From Candidatus Iainarchaeum sp. (lineage in GTDB: Archaea > B1Sed10-29 > WALL01), in assembly GCA_023129115.1 (NCBI GenBank), contig JAGMCR010000017.1, positions 18,689-82,688 on the forward strand: a stretch of 64,000 nucleotides of DNA. Direction: 5' to 3'. The stretch's first letter is position 1, and the number at the start of each line of letters is the position of its first letter. Shown here in pieces: positions 26,792 to 36,501 of the stretch. The notes below the pieces were generated by a model, which saw only the letters and a list, made by a program, of their open reading frames with translations, was not told the DNA's origin and searched no databases. The translations under genes were made by a program, and so were the position numbers.

Positions 26792-28078
26792 ATGCAACAG
26801 GAATGGCTCGCAAAAAAACTCGTCAACTACACGCTCGGAATCGGGCAGAAAGAAAACACGGAAGGCCTGCGAAAGGCCGAGCGAAAATACGGCAAAAAAG
26901 TCCGCACGCTCCTCAAGAAGAAAAAAATCACTGCCACCAGGCGCAACGCCGCCATGCTCGACGAGCTCAGCAAAGTGGACTACGGCCCGCTCTTCGTAAA
27001 AAAAGGAAAGAGCTACGTCCCCAAGCCCACGGTCGGCCACTCCGTGATAATCGCGTTCAACGCGGCAAACAAAAAATATGCCGAAGCAGTCCGCCGCGAG
27101 TGCCTCCGCAATGGGGCGCACGCCCTCATGCTCGAGCGCAGCACCAAAGCAATCCGCGAGGCCTACCAGCTCTCGCCCATGGGCGCAATCCGCGAGCTCT
27201 CGCCAATCAGCGCCGCCCTCCACTCGACAGCCGACTACTACATCAACCTCGAGGCCATCGAGAACGAGTTCTGGAAAAAAGGAATCAATCCAGCCAAGTT
27301 CATGGCCGCAGCGCCGTCCAGCATGAAGCTCCACGAAATCCGGGACAAGCGCATGCAGCGCTGGTGCTACGTTGGCTGGCCCCACCCCCAAATCGCGAAA
27401 GAGCTGGGGTTGCCCGCAGCCAAGTTCAAAAGAATAGTCGACGGCTCCATCGAAGAGTCCTTCACGCCGCGCATGAAAAAGCTCGTCGACGGCTACTACC
27501 ACGCCCTCAAGGGCTCCAGCAAAATCCACATCGTCCACGACGACGGCACTGACCTAAAGTTCTCGGTGCGCGGCCGCCGCTTCATGCGCGACGACGCAGT
27601 CCTCGGCGCCGAGGACATCCGCAACAAGGACGTGGGCATGAACATTCCCGGCGGGGAAATCTTCACCGCGCCACACGAGTACAGCGCTAACGGCATACTC
27701 AAAATCCCGAAGAACATAATCCCCGGCCACGGCCTCGCCGAGGGAATCGAGCTCTTCTTCGAGAAGGGGAACGTCGTCGACTACGGCGCCAGAAGGCACC
27801 GCGACTACCTGACAAAGTTCTTCGCCGAGAACACGGGAGAGTGCCGCCGCATCGCGGAGCTCGGCATCGGCTGCAACTCAAGGGCTGACTTCACGAACGG
27901 CTACATCATCGTGGACGAAAAAATCAAGGGCACCCTCCACATCGCAATCGGGTGGAACATCGGGTACGGCGGCAAGAACAACGCGTCGTCGCACCTCGAC
28001 TTCATCAAGCCCATGTACAAGGGAAGCCTCTACGCGGACGGCGCCTTGGTCATGGACAAGGGAAAGCTGGTGGCGTGA
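26792..28078 (+). CDS. M29-family aminopeptidase (AmpS/aminopeptidase T-like)
   Basis: 428 aa with NIPGGEIFTAPHE and GTLHIAIGWN motifs. A TTTATTAA box lies 25 nt upstream, consistent with a leaderless transcript. Confidence 0.65.
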   Translation: MQQEWLAKKLVNYTLGIGQKENTEGLRKAERKYGKKVRTLLKKKKITATRRNAAMLDELSKVDYGPLFVKKGKSYVPKPTVGHSVIIAFNAANKKYAEAVRRECLRNGAHALMLERSTKAIREAYQLSPMGAIRELSPISAALHSTADYYINLEAIENEFWKKGINPAKFMAAAPSSMKLHEIRDKRMQRWCYVGWPHPQIAKELGLPAAKFKRIVDGSIEESFTPRMKKLVDGYYHALKGSSKIHIVHDDGTDLKFSVRGRRFMRDDAVLGAEDIRNKDVGMNIPGGEIFTAPHEYSANGILKIPKNIIPGHGLAEGIELFFEKGNVVDYGARRHRDYLTKFFAENTGECRRIAELGIGCNSRADFTNGYIIVDEKIKGTLHIAIGWNIGYGGKNNASSHLDFIKPMYKGSLYADGALVMDKGKLVA

Positions 28079-29424
28079 TGCTCGACACTCTCGAGAAGGC
28101 AGTCACTTCCAAGGCGGACTTCGTCGAGATAGGCGCCTCAATAGGCCACATGACCCGGCTCCACCTGCGCGAGAAGGAGGTCGAGACAGTCTCGTCCGGC
28201 TCCGCGTCCGGCTTCGGGGTCCGCGCGCTCTACAAGGGCGCGTGGGGGTTCGCCTACACGTCCGACGAAAAGAAATTGTGGGAGACAGTGGAGCGCGCGG
28301 TCAAGCTCTCCCGCGCCTCTTCCCGCAAGCCCATCGGCGCGTCCCTCGCAGGCAAGAGCGACGCCCGCGACAGCACCAGAGTCAAGGTAAAGAAGCACCC
28401 CCAGGACTTCAGCCTCGACGAGAAAGTCAAGCTCTGCCTCGAGCTCGCCGGCGACAGGCCCAAGGGCATAACGGCCCGCGACCTAGAGTACGCCGACGGC
28501 TGGGGCGAGGGCTACTACGTCAACAGCGAGGGCGCGGCACTCGAGTACTTCCCGGTGCGCTCGTTCCTCGCGGTCTCCGCCTACTCAAAGAAAAACGGCG
28601 AGCTGCTGAAGGCCAAGGACGCGGCCGCCGGCCTTAAAGGGGTCGAGCTCCTGGACGGCAAGCACGCCATGGTAAAAAAAGTCTTTGACAAGGCCCTGCT
28701 CCTCCAGAAGGCCACGCTCCCGCCGAAGGGAAAGACGCGGGTCGTCATCGACTCCGAGCTGGCTGGGGTCTTCGCCCACGAAATGGTGGGCCACGCCGCC
28801 GAGGGCGACACCATCGCCAACGGCAAGAGCATCCTCGGCGGAAAGCTCGGCCGGCTCCTCGGCTCGAGGCACGTCAGCATCTCGGACGACCCCACGCTCC
28901 CCAGGCTATTCGGCTCGTACCCGTACGACGCCGAGGGCATCAAAGCCCAAAAAACCAGGATTGTCGAGCGCGGCCGCATAACAAACTTCCTCAACTCCCG
29001 CGAGTCGGCGTCACGCCTCAAGACCGAGTCGACCGGCAATTCCCGCGCAGAGTCCACGGGGCACTTCCCCATCGTGCGCATGAGCAACACGTTCTTCGAG
29101 CCGGGCGACCGCTCCGACGACGAGCTCTTCGAGGGCGTGAACGGAATCTATGCCCTCGGAACGAAGGGCGGCGTGACCGAGCCCCACACGGGGTACTTCC
29201 AGTTCGCTGCCGAGTACGGCTGGCTCGTCAAGAACGGCGAGAAGACCAAGCCGCTCCGCGACATCACGCTCGTCGGCCACTTGGTCAACACCCTGCGCAA
29301 CGTCGAGGCCTGCGGCAAGAAGTCCAGGCTCGGCCACCCCGGCTTCTGCGGCAAGGCCGGCCAGAACCTCCCGGTGAGCGACGGCGGGCCGCACATAAGA
29401 ATCAAGGGGGTGCTCGTCGGGTGA
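28078..29424 (+). CDS. tldD: TldD family zinc metalloprotease
   Basis: HExxxH motif FAHEMVGHAAEGD and the GxC C-terminal region; TGATG overlap with the upstream gene. Confidence 0.85.
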   Translation: MLDTLEKAVTSKADFVEIGASIGHMTRLHLREKEVETVSSGSASGFGVRALYKGAWGFAYTSDEKKLWETVERAVKLSRASSRKPIGASLAGKSDARDSTRVKVKKHPQDFSLDEKVKLCLELAGDRPKGITARDLEYADGWGEGYYVNSEGAALEYFPVRSFLAVSAYSKKNGELLKAKDAAAGLKGVELLDGKHAMVKKVFDKALLLQKATLPPKGKTRVVIDSELAGVFAHEMVGHAAEGDTIANGKSILGGKLGRLLGSRHVSISDDPTLPRLFGSYPYDAEGIKAQKTRIVERGRITNFLNSRESASRLKTESTGNSRAESTGHFPIVRMSNTFFEPGDRSDDELFEGVNGIYALGTKGGVTEPHTGYFQFAAEYGWLVKNGEKTKPLRDITLVGHLVNTLRNVEACGKKSRLGHPGFCGKAGQNLPVSDGGPHIRIKGVLVG

Positions 29425-30659
29425 TTGACCCCATTCTCGCCAAGGCCGCGAAGAAATGCGACCAGGCAGAGCTCTACTACGCGGAGTCCCACTCGCTCCT
29501 GAGCCGCAGCTCGCTCGACAAGCTCGAGGCGTGCAAGTCCGCCGAGGACCGCGGGTTCGGCCTCCGTGTCGTGTGCGGCGGCCGCATCGGCCACTCATTC
29601 TTCAGCCGGGAAGAGGACGCGGACCGCGCCATCTCGGGCGCAGTCAAGTCGGCAAAGCTCTCGCACACCGAGGGCTATTCCCTTCCCGGCAAGGCAAGCT
29701 ACCACAAAAGAAAATGCTTCGACCCCAAGCTAAAAGCACTTGACGAGGAAAAGCTGGTTGACATGGTCCTGGCCTCTATGGACGCGACCGCGGAAAGCGC
29801 CGACCCAATCCAGGCCGAGGTCGAGGCGCGCTACGGCACGGTGGAAATAGCCAGCACCGAGGGCGTCTACGCAAAGGACACGGAGTCACTGTTCTCGCTC
29901 TACTGCGTCGGCAAGAAAAAGGAGAGCATGGGCGACGAGTCCTTTTCCTCAAGGAAGCTCACCGACTGCGCCGTGAGGGTAGGGCGCGTCGCGGGCGAGC
30001 TGGCCGAGCAGGGCGTGGGCGCCTCCCCCGTGGACTACGAGGGGACGGTCACCCTGCACCAGGACGTCATCGGCTCGTTCTTCGGCGAGTCAGTCGTCCG
30101 AAACCTCAACGGCGAGCTCGCGAGGCGCGGCAAGGCAAAGTGGGCGGACAGGCTCGGCAAGAAAGTCACCGGCGACTTTACGCTCACCGACGACCCCACC
30201 ATCGACTGGGGAATCGGCACCATGCCGTTCGACGACGAAGGCGTCCCGACGACAAAGAAGGACATGATAAAAAACGGCGTGCTGAAGCAGTTTTATTACG
30301 ACACGCGCACCGCGAACCTCGCTGGCGCGAAGGCCACGGGCAACGGCTTCCGCGGTGGGCCAGTGTCGCCGCCCACCATCAGCATGACGAACGTCGTAAT
30401 CTCTCCGGAGTCCCGCGGGAGCGGCGGCGGCATGTTCGTTCGCGACCTGATGGGCTACCACAACATGAACCCCGTGACGGGCGACTTCTCGCTCGACATC
30501 ACACACGCAATCCTGAACGAAAAGCCGGTGCGGGGCTGCGTGCTGACCGGCAATGTCTTCGAAATGCTCGAGAAGGGCGAGTGGAACGGCCCGACCGAGA
30601 CGCGGGCATGGCTGACCTCGCCGCAGCTCTCGTTCGAGGCAAAAGTGGTGGGGAAATGA
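29421..30659 (+). CDS. pmbA: PmbA/TldE family protein (TldD partner)
   Basis: Paralogous to tldD but lacking HExxxH; GTG start overlapping the tldD stop (GTGA). Confidence 0.8.
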   Translation: MIDPILAKAAKKCDQAELYYAESHSLLSRSSLDKLEACKSAEDRGFGLRVVCGGRIGHSFFSREEDADRAISGAVKSAKLSHTEGYSLPGKASYHKRKCFDPKLKALDEEKLVDMVLASMDATAESADPIQAEVEARYGTVEIASTEGVYAKDTESLFSLYCVGKKKESMGDESFSSRKLTDCAVRVGRVAGELAEQGVGASPVDYEGTVTLHQDVIGSFFGESVVRNLNGELARRGKAKWADRLGKKVTGDFTLTDDPTIDWGIGTMPFDDEGVPTTKKDMIKNGVLKQFYYDTRTANLAGAKATGNGFRGGPVSPPTISMTNVVISPESRGSGGGMFVRDLMGYHNMNPVTGDFSLDITHAILNEKPVRGCVLTGNVFEMLEKGEWNGPTETRAWLTSPQLSFEAKVVGK

Positions 30660-31030
30660 AGTGGAAAAAAGAACCTGATGTCCAGGCCATGATGGAGCGC
30701 CTCGTCGCAGAGGCAGGGCTTTCCCACGTCCGCCCGAACCGCGTGTTCTGCGTGCGGGGCGAGGGGTCGAAGAGCCGCGCGGTCGCGCGCATCTGGTCAC
30801 TGCCACGCGTGTTCCAGCAGTGCCTCGAAATCGAGGCCGCCTACGTAATCGAGGTAATGGACAAGAAGTGGGACCGCCTCTCGGACGAAGAAAAGGAAAA
30901 GACAATAATCCACGAATTGCTCCACATTCCCAAAACGTTTTCGGGCGCACTGGTGCCGCACAGCTGCTTCGGCAAGCGCATGGTCGGCGCGAGGCAGGTC
31001 GAGAAAATCTGGAAAAAGATGAAGGAGTAG
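30656..31030 (+). CDS. small putative zinc metallopeptidase (HExxH; SprT/WLM-like)
   Basis: 125 aa with IIHELLHIP; ATGA overlap with pmbA. It is the internal Met of track ORF 30140-31030. Confidence 0.5.
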   Translation: MKWKKEPDVQAMMERLVAEAGLSHVRPNRVFCVRGEGSKSRAVARIWSLPRVFQQCLEIEAAYVIEVMDKKWDRLSDEEKEKTIIHELLHIPKTFSGALVPHSCFGKRMVGARQVEKIWKKMKE

Positions 31031-31046
31031 CGTGCTAAAAAGTGAA

Positions 31047-31373
31047 TCAAGTCCGTACCTGCGCAGCCACTTTTTCCTTGTTTGCTTCCAGGGCATGCAT
31101 CATTATGCCGAGCTGCAATTGTTTCAACTTTTTCACGAGCGGGTTTTTCCTGTTGATTGAGTACATCTTTGCCCTTCCTATTGTCCGTGTTTGCTTCACT
31201 AACTCGTATCCCTCGAGAATTGGCCACACATCGTAAACAGTTTTGTAGGCTACCCCTGAGTGTTTTGCTATCTCCGATTTGCTATAGTCATGGGTGTCGT
31301 GGATTAGCAAGAAGTCCAAAACCCCCGAGATTGCGTTGTTGAATATTTCAACCAGCCCATTCTTTTTTTCCAT
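31047..31373 (-). CDS. winged-helix transcriptional regulator-like small protein
   Basis: Start at MEKKNGLVEIF, with an HTH-like segment SKSEIAKHSGVAYKTVYDV. It lies in an AT-rich island. Confidence 0.45.
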   Translation of the reverse strand: MEKKNGLVEIFNNAISGVLDFLLIHDTHDYSKSEIAKHSGVAYKTVYDVWPILEGYELVKQTRTIGRAKMYSINRKNPLVKKLKQLQLGIMMHALEANKEKVAAQVRT

Positions 31374-31473
31374 GGCCTTACTGTCCACGATATAGTATAA
31401 AAAACTATCTTTGTATATATAAAATATTATACGATAGTCTTTATAAACTCTAACTGACACAATCCACAATGCT

Positions 31474-31749
31474 ATGGGGGGGAGGGACAGTGGCCTAATG
31501 GCACAATTGCTAGAGAAAATGATTTATCACGGCTGGATAGGGGGAAAGCACACTTCGGCGGACAACCTCCCAAAAAGCTTTCCCAGACATGCGCGTGACA
31601 AAGTGAAGAAGGCATTGAAGCAATTGGTTGGTTTGGGGTTTATTGTTGTTAAGCCAACAAGTTACGGCAAAGAACTATCAATAAACCCCAGAGCAGTGAA
31701 GGAAATAAAACAGTTCATCCTTGAGCAAAGGAAAGAATATTTAAAATGA
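31474..31749 (+). CDS. small hypothetical (possibly DNA-binding) protein
   Basis: 91 aa, divergent from the wHTH gene across an AT-rich promoter region. Confidence 0.35.
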   Translation: MGGRDSGLMAQLLEKMIYHGWIGGKHTSADNLPKSFPRHARDKVKKALKQLVGLGFIVVKPTSYGKELSINPRAVKEIKQFILEQRKEYLK

Positions 31750-32667
31750 GCATACGTGTATATACCTGCGCATTGACCTGTGCACGTACATCTCAAACCG
31801 CTGTTTTATTTTCCACCCCGCCTTCTTCAGCAGCGGCCGCAGGTCGCCGTGCGCCATCACGACAAGGACCTTTGAGTGCTTCTTCATCTTCCTGAACGCC
31901 TCGAGGTAAAGCTCGCCCCTCTCCCTCCCGAACAAGCCCGAGCTCTTCCCATACGGAAGGTCAGTGACTATCGCGTCGAACTCCCCGCCCCCCCACTCCA
32001 GGAAGTCCGCGTTGTCGACCTTGATTTTCTTTTCCATCCTGTAGAACCACGCGTTCTCCCTCGCGCCCTCTGCGTACTCCTCGCTGATTTCGACGCCCCT
32101 CGCCGACAAGCCCATGTCCGCGGCCTCCAAAAGAATTCCGCCGATGCCGCAGAACGGATCCAGGATTTTTCCCTTCCTAACACCAGTCAAATTAACCAGC
32201 AGCCGCCCGTACTTTGGCTGGAGGCTCGTCGGGTGGAACACGAGCCTGGCGTTCACGTCCCGCGGGGCAAGCCCTTTCGCCGAGTGCTCGTACACTTGCT
32301 CCGTGGCCCAGTACTTCTTGCCGTCCGTGAACACGCGGAGCACTGTCTTGGGCTTATCGAGCCTGACCTTCCCCTTGACCCGCGCTGCCACGGAGTTAAT
32401 AATCGCGGAGCTGCTTTCCTTGCCGGCCACGCGGCTGACGCGGACGGCAAAGGATTTATAAGCAGGAAGCCTTAATCTTTCGCAGTTGCTTGCTTCAGCC
32501 ACCAGCTTTCCCGCGAATCGCGTCATGACGAGCCGCCCCAGGGTTTTGGCGTCGCCGTCGACAAGCAGGAGCTCGCTGTGCAGTGCCTTGGCTTTCGGGA
32601 AGAGCGCTTCCGCCTCTGCCCGCGCGAGCGCAGGGTCCTGCCGCGACAGCTGGAGCACAAGCTTCAT
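31741..32667 (-). CDS. THUMP-domain tRNA (guanine-N2)-methyltransferase (Trm14/TrmG10-like)
   Basis: AdoMet motif I DPFCGIGGILLEAA, motif IV DLPYG, and an N-terminal THUMP-like region. Confidence 0.75.
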   Translation of the reverse strand: MKLVLQLSRQDPALARAEAEALFPKAKALHSELLLVDGDAKTLGRLVMTRFAGKLVAEASNCERLRLPAYKSFAVRVSRVAGKESSSAIINSVAARVKGKVRLDKPKTVLRVFTDGKKYWATEQVYEHSAKGLAPRDVNARLVFHPTSLQPKYGRLLVNLTGVRKGKILDPFCGIGGILLEAADMGLSARGVEISEEYAEGARENAWFYRMEKKIKVDNADFLEWGGGEFDAIVTDLPYGKSSGLFGRERGELYLEAFRKMKKHSKVLVVMAHGDLRPLLKKAGWKIKQRFEMYVHRSMRRYIHVCSF

Positions 32668-32701
32668 TGGCTGAAGCTATGCCCCCAGGGAGTATTAAAG
32701 C

Positions 32702-35700
32702 ATGCCGAAGAAAAGAGTGGCAAAGAAGAAACCGGTGAAGAAGAAAGCCGCGGCAAAGAAAAAAGCTCGGGGGGCGCCCACGGCAAAGCCGGCGGCGCCC
32801 CCCAAAGCAGCGAAGCCGCGGGCAAAGCCTTTGACGAAGACCACACAGTCCCTCCCCATCACCATCAAGTCCACGGCCGAAATCAAAATCCCTGCCAAGA
32901 CAGTGGATCAGGTCCTCGGCCAGGAAAAGGGCGTCGAGATAGTCAAGAAGGCTGCGCGCCAGCGGCGCAACGTCTTCCTCCTCGGCGAGCCTGGCACTGG
33001 CAAGTGCGTCGCCCCGGAAACCTTAATAACACTTGCCGGTGGGGAAGTACTGCCTGCAGAGTCTGTGTTCAATCGAGCAAAAACAAATGGCATTATCGTT
33101 ACACAGGATTCAGACAGAACATTACTTTCTGACACGGGCTTAAGGACGTTATCCATTAACAGGAAAAACGTAAAATTAACAGAGGAAGACGTGCTCTATG
33201 CAGCAAGGTTCAAGAATCTAAAGCAATTATTCAGAATCAAGACTTCTCTTGGTTCTGAGGTAACTCTTACGGATAATCATCCATTGCTCACTATAACAAA
33301 AAGGGGTGAGTTGAAGTGGGTGCCTGCCAAGGATTTGTCAAAGGGGGGTAGGATAGCTAGTGCGAGAAGCGTCACATTCCCGGAGATAACTGACATAGAT
33401 TTCATTGACGACCTTGATGGAGACATTACCTTATGCATACTGGATAGAGAGTTCGGTCTAGAGGAGGCAAAGAAGAAAAAAGTATCTTATGACAAGATAA
33501 GCCACATCAGATACAAAACAAGTGTTACTGATTCCTCCTCAAAAAAAGTCAAGGTGGTGGGCAACTGGAGCGAGGAACTAGGCAGATTCTTAGCGTATAT
33601 GCTTTCAGAGACGTCTATAACAAGGGATAGGAACATTATTTTCACAAACAACGACAAAGCAGCAGTAACAGACTTCGCGTTTTTGGCTCACTCACTCTTT
33701 GGAATTAGATTCAACGTAGCGAAGAGGAAAGAGCATTGGTATGCTCAAGCCAGTTCTTCATCACTTTGCCGTTTTTTGAACCAAGTCTTTGACGTAGCGT
33801 TATCCTCTCCCAACAGGTCTCACATCACAAAATTCCCGCGCCGGATGTTGTCCGCACCACTGCCAGTCCTTGCCGCGTTCATAAGGACTTACTATGATAT
33901 GGAAGGCCATGTGCAAAAGCCGCGCAGGCGGTGTATGGAACTCTGTAGTGGAAGTAAAGAATTTACCAGGGTTATGCAGATTGCACTGCTAAGGTTTGGC
34001 ATAATATCGAGATTAAAGACAAGATACAATGCTGCTACAAATACCAAGGGCAAGAAAAGGAGAAAATATTATTACCTTTTCATATTCGGCGCTGAAAATC
34101 TAAGGAAGTTCAGGGGTTCCATTGGTCTCCACAGCGGTAGGAAGAGAGAACGCCTTGAAAGGTCTATTGTTATAAAGCCCAATCCAAATTTGGATGTAGT
34201 CCCCAATATTTTCGAGGACTTAAAGTTTTTGAAGGAAAAACTAGAGTTCAAGAATACTGACGTGACAGATTACCCTGCTACATTTTCTCGTTATGTCCAT
34301 GGAAAAAGAGAGCCTAGTAGGAGGGGGCTTGCCGATATAACTGAAAAAATTGCTAACGTGTACTTAAGCAAGCAGAAAGTGGCAGGAGTCTATGATGAGG
34401 AAGTAGAAGACACAATCATAAAGTTGTCCTGTCTTACAGATTCTGATATATACTGGGACAAGATTGAGAGCATAACAAAAACCAAAAGTAGCGATTATGT
34501 CTATGATTTCACGGTTCCAACAAACCACAGTTTCTTGGCTGGCAATATCCTGCTGCATAACTCCATGCTTGGCCTCGCGATGGCCGAGCTCCTGCCGGTG
34601 AGCAAGCTGCAGGACGTCCTTGTCTACCCCAATCTTGGCGACCCGAACCAGCCAAAAATAAAAACCGTCAAGGCCGGCAAGGGCCTAAAAATTGTCGAGG
34701 AAGAGACCAAGAAGGCCATGGAGGGCGGCAGCTCCAAGCAGATGGCCGGCTTCATCGCGTTCCTCTTCCTCTTGTCAATCCCGTGGGTATTGCTCTGGCT
34801 TGGGTGGCTCAGCGAGCTGCTCGCCGCGGCGTGCCTCATCGTGGCGGGCATGCTCGGAATCGGCGTAGTCATCGGGATGCAGATGCGGCCCCGCACAGAC
34901 AACACGGCGCCAAAGCTCCTGGTGGACAACTCCCGCCAGAAGCACGCGCCTTTCATCGAGGCGACTGGCGCCAAGGCCGGCGCGCTCTTGGGCGACGTGA
35001 AGCACGATCCGCTCCAGTCCGGCGGCCTCGGCACTCCCGCCCACCTCCGGGTCATCGCGGGCATGATCCACCGCTCGCACCTCGGCGTATTGTTCATCGA
35101 CGAAATTGGCACGTTGTCAGCAAAGTCCCAGCAGGAATTATTGACCGCGATGCAGGAGAGGAAGTTCTCAATCACCGGGCAGAGCGAAATGTCGTCAGGA
35201 GCAATGGTGCACACTTCGCCCGCGCCGTGCAATTTCGTGCTCGTCGCCGCGGGCAACCTGCTCGACCTGAAGAACATGCACCCCGCATTGCGGAGCCGCA
35301 TCCGCGGCTACGGCTATGAGATCTACCTGAACGAGAAGATGCCGGACACTCCGGAGAACCGCGTGAAAATCGCGCAGTTCATCGCGCAGGAAGTCCAAAA
35401 GGACGGCAAAATCCCGCACTTCTCGCGTGCGGGCGTCGAGGCCGTCATCCGCGAGGCGCAGAAGCGCGCTGGGAGGAAGGGCAAGCTGACCGTGAAGCTC
35501 CGCGAGCTCGGTGGGCTCGTCCGGGCCGCGGGCGACATCGCTCGCGCAGACGGCTCTGCGCTCGTCGAGCCGAAGCACATCAAGGCCGCGAAGAAACTGG
35601 CGCGCACGATGGAGCAGCAGCTCGCGGACCAGTACATCTCCCAGAAGAAGGAATACGAAGTCTTTTCAACAAGCGGCAAGAAAGTGGGCAAGGTAAACGG

Positions 35701-36265
35701 CCTCGCCATCATGGGCGACGGCGGCATTGTCCTCCCCATCGAGGCAGAGGTCGCGCCGGCGCACTCCAAGAGCGAGGGCAAGCTAATCGCGACGGGCAAG
35801 CTCGGCGAAATCGCGCGCGAGGCAGTCACCAATGTCTCCGCCATCGTGAAGAAGTACAAGGGCACTGACATCTCCCGCCGCGACATCCACGTGCAGTTCC
35901 TCCAGACCTATGAGGGGGTGGAGGGCGACTCGGCGAGCGTTTCGGTTGCCACAGCATTAATCAGCGCGCTCGAGGAACTGCCGGTGGACCAGAGCATTGC
36001 CATGACGGGCTCGCTTAGCGTGCGCGGCGAGGTCCTCCCGGTCGGGGGAATCACCCCGAAAATAGAGGCGGCAATCGGCGCGGGCATGAAGACAGTCATA
36101 ATCCCCGAGGCGAACAGGGACGACATCCTGCTCTCGCCCGAGGACTCCAAGAAAATCCGCATCATAACCGCGGCCAACCTCTATGACGTGCTCTCCAGCG
36201 TCCTGGCCAGCTCCAAGAAGAAGCCGGCCCTTTTGAAGAAAATCAAGCGCATCGTGAGCCGATAG
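32702..36265 (+). CDS. lonB: archaeal membrane-bound Lon protease (LonB) carrying an in-frame intein within the Walker A motif
   Basis: Lys-rich N-terminus; Walker A GEPGTGK is interrupted and resumes with [12 protein letters not shown]. Walker B LFIDEIG, a TM insert and protease motif GDSASV follow. Confidence 0.9.
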   Translation: MPKKRVAKKKPVKKKAAAKKKARGAPTAKPAAPPKAAKPRAKPLTKTTQSLPITIKSTAEIKIPAKTVDQVLGQEKGVEIVKKAARQRRNVFLLGEPGTGKCVAPETLITLAGGEVLPAESVFNRAKTNGIIVTQDSDRTLLSDTGLRTLSINRKNVKLTEEDVLYAARFKNLKQLFRIKTSLGSEVTLTDNHPLLTITKRGELKWVPAKDLSKGGRIASARSVTFPEITDIDFIDDLDGDITLCILDREFGLEEAKKKKVSYDKISHIRYKTSVTDSSSKKVKVVGNWSEELGRFLAYMLSETSITRDRNIIFTNNDKAAVTDFAFLAHSLFGIRFNVAKRKEHWYAQASSSSLCRFLNQVFDVALSSPNRSHITKFPRRMLSAPLPVLAAFIRTYYDMEGHVQKPRRRCMELCSGSKEFTRVMQIALLRFGIISRLKTRYNAATNTKGKKRRKYYYLFIFGAENLRKFRGSIGLHSGRKRERLERSIVIKPNPNLDVVPNIFEDLKFLKEKLEFKNTDVTDYPATFSRYVHGKREPSRRGLADITEKIANVYLSKQKVAGVYDEEVEDTIIKLSCLTDSDIYWDKIESITKTKSSDYVYDFTVPTNHSFLAGNILLHNSMLGLAMAELLPVSKLQDVLVYPNLGDPNQPKIKTVKAGKGLKIVEEETKKAMEGGSSKQMAGFIAFLFLLSIPWVLLWLGWLSELLAAACLIVAGMLGIGVVIGMQMRPRTDNTAPKLLVDNSRQKHAPFIEATGAKAGALLGDVKHDPLQSGGLGTPAHLRVIAGMIHRSHLGVLFIDEIGTLSAKSQQELLTAMQERKFSITGQSEMSSGAMVHTSPAPCNFVLVAAGNLLDLKNMHPALRSRIRGYGYEIYLNEKMPDTPENRVKIAQFIAQEVQKDGKIPHFSRAGVEAVIREAQKRAGRKGKLTVKLRELGGLVRAAGDIARADGSALVEPKHIKAAKKLARTMEQQLADQYISQKKEYEVFSTSGKKVGKVNGLAIMGDGGIVLPIEAEVAPAHSKSEGKLIATGKLGEIAREAVTNVSAIVKKYKGTDISRRDIHVQFLQTYEGVEGDSASVSVATALISALEELPVDQSIAMTGSLSVRGEVLPVGGITPKIEAAIGAGMKTVIIPEANRDDILLSPEDSKKIRIITAANLYDVLSSVLASSKKKPALLKKIKRIVSR
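33005..34561 (+). mobile_element. intein (519 aa) with LAGLIDADG-type homing-endonuclease blocks inside lonB
   Basis: Cys1 ([10 protein letters not shown]...), C-terminal ...ILLHN with +1 Ser. Blocks [10 protein letters not shown] and [11 protein letters not shown] are present, and the P-loop GTGKS is reconstituted on removal. Confidence 0.8.
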
Positions 36266-36273
36266 CTTTTTTA

Positions 36274-36501
36274 TTGTGGGCGCCCATAATCCTTATCGTG
36301 TCATTCATTAACTGGGACGAACTGTTCAAGGACAGGCTGGTTGGCCAGCTGGGCTTCGTGATGCTAGTGCTTAGCCCCTTCTCGATGGCTTTTGGGCTCG
36401 TCGTGAGGGACTACCTGCTCTTCGGCTTCGCTTTTGTGATGCTCGTGCTGGGCGGCGCTAACCTAATCTACCTGACGCAGGTATCCAAGTCTAGGCGATA
36501 A
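36274..36501 (+). CDS. small membrane protein (75 aa)
   Basis: Two TM helices; weak evidence. Confidence 0.3.
   Translation: MWAPIILIVSFINWDELFKDRLVGQLGFVMLVLSPFSMAFGLVVRDYLLFGFAFVMLVLGGANLIYLTQVSKSRR

Noticed and set aside
26773-27552. + ORF 26773-27552 and minus ORF 26783-27538 (about 250 aa each)
   Set aside because: Alternative frames of the M29 aminopeptidase gene with Arg/His-rich products.
33005-34561. Transposase or separate gene inside lonB
   Set aside because: The insertion is in frame with intein termini (Cys1 … HN/+1 Ser) and it splits the P-loop. It is an intein, not an IS element or independent CDS.
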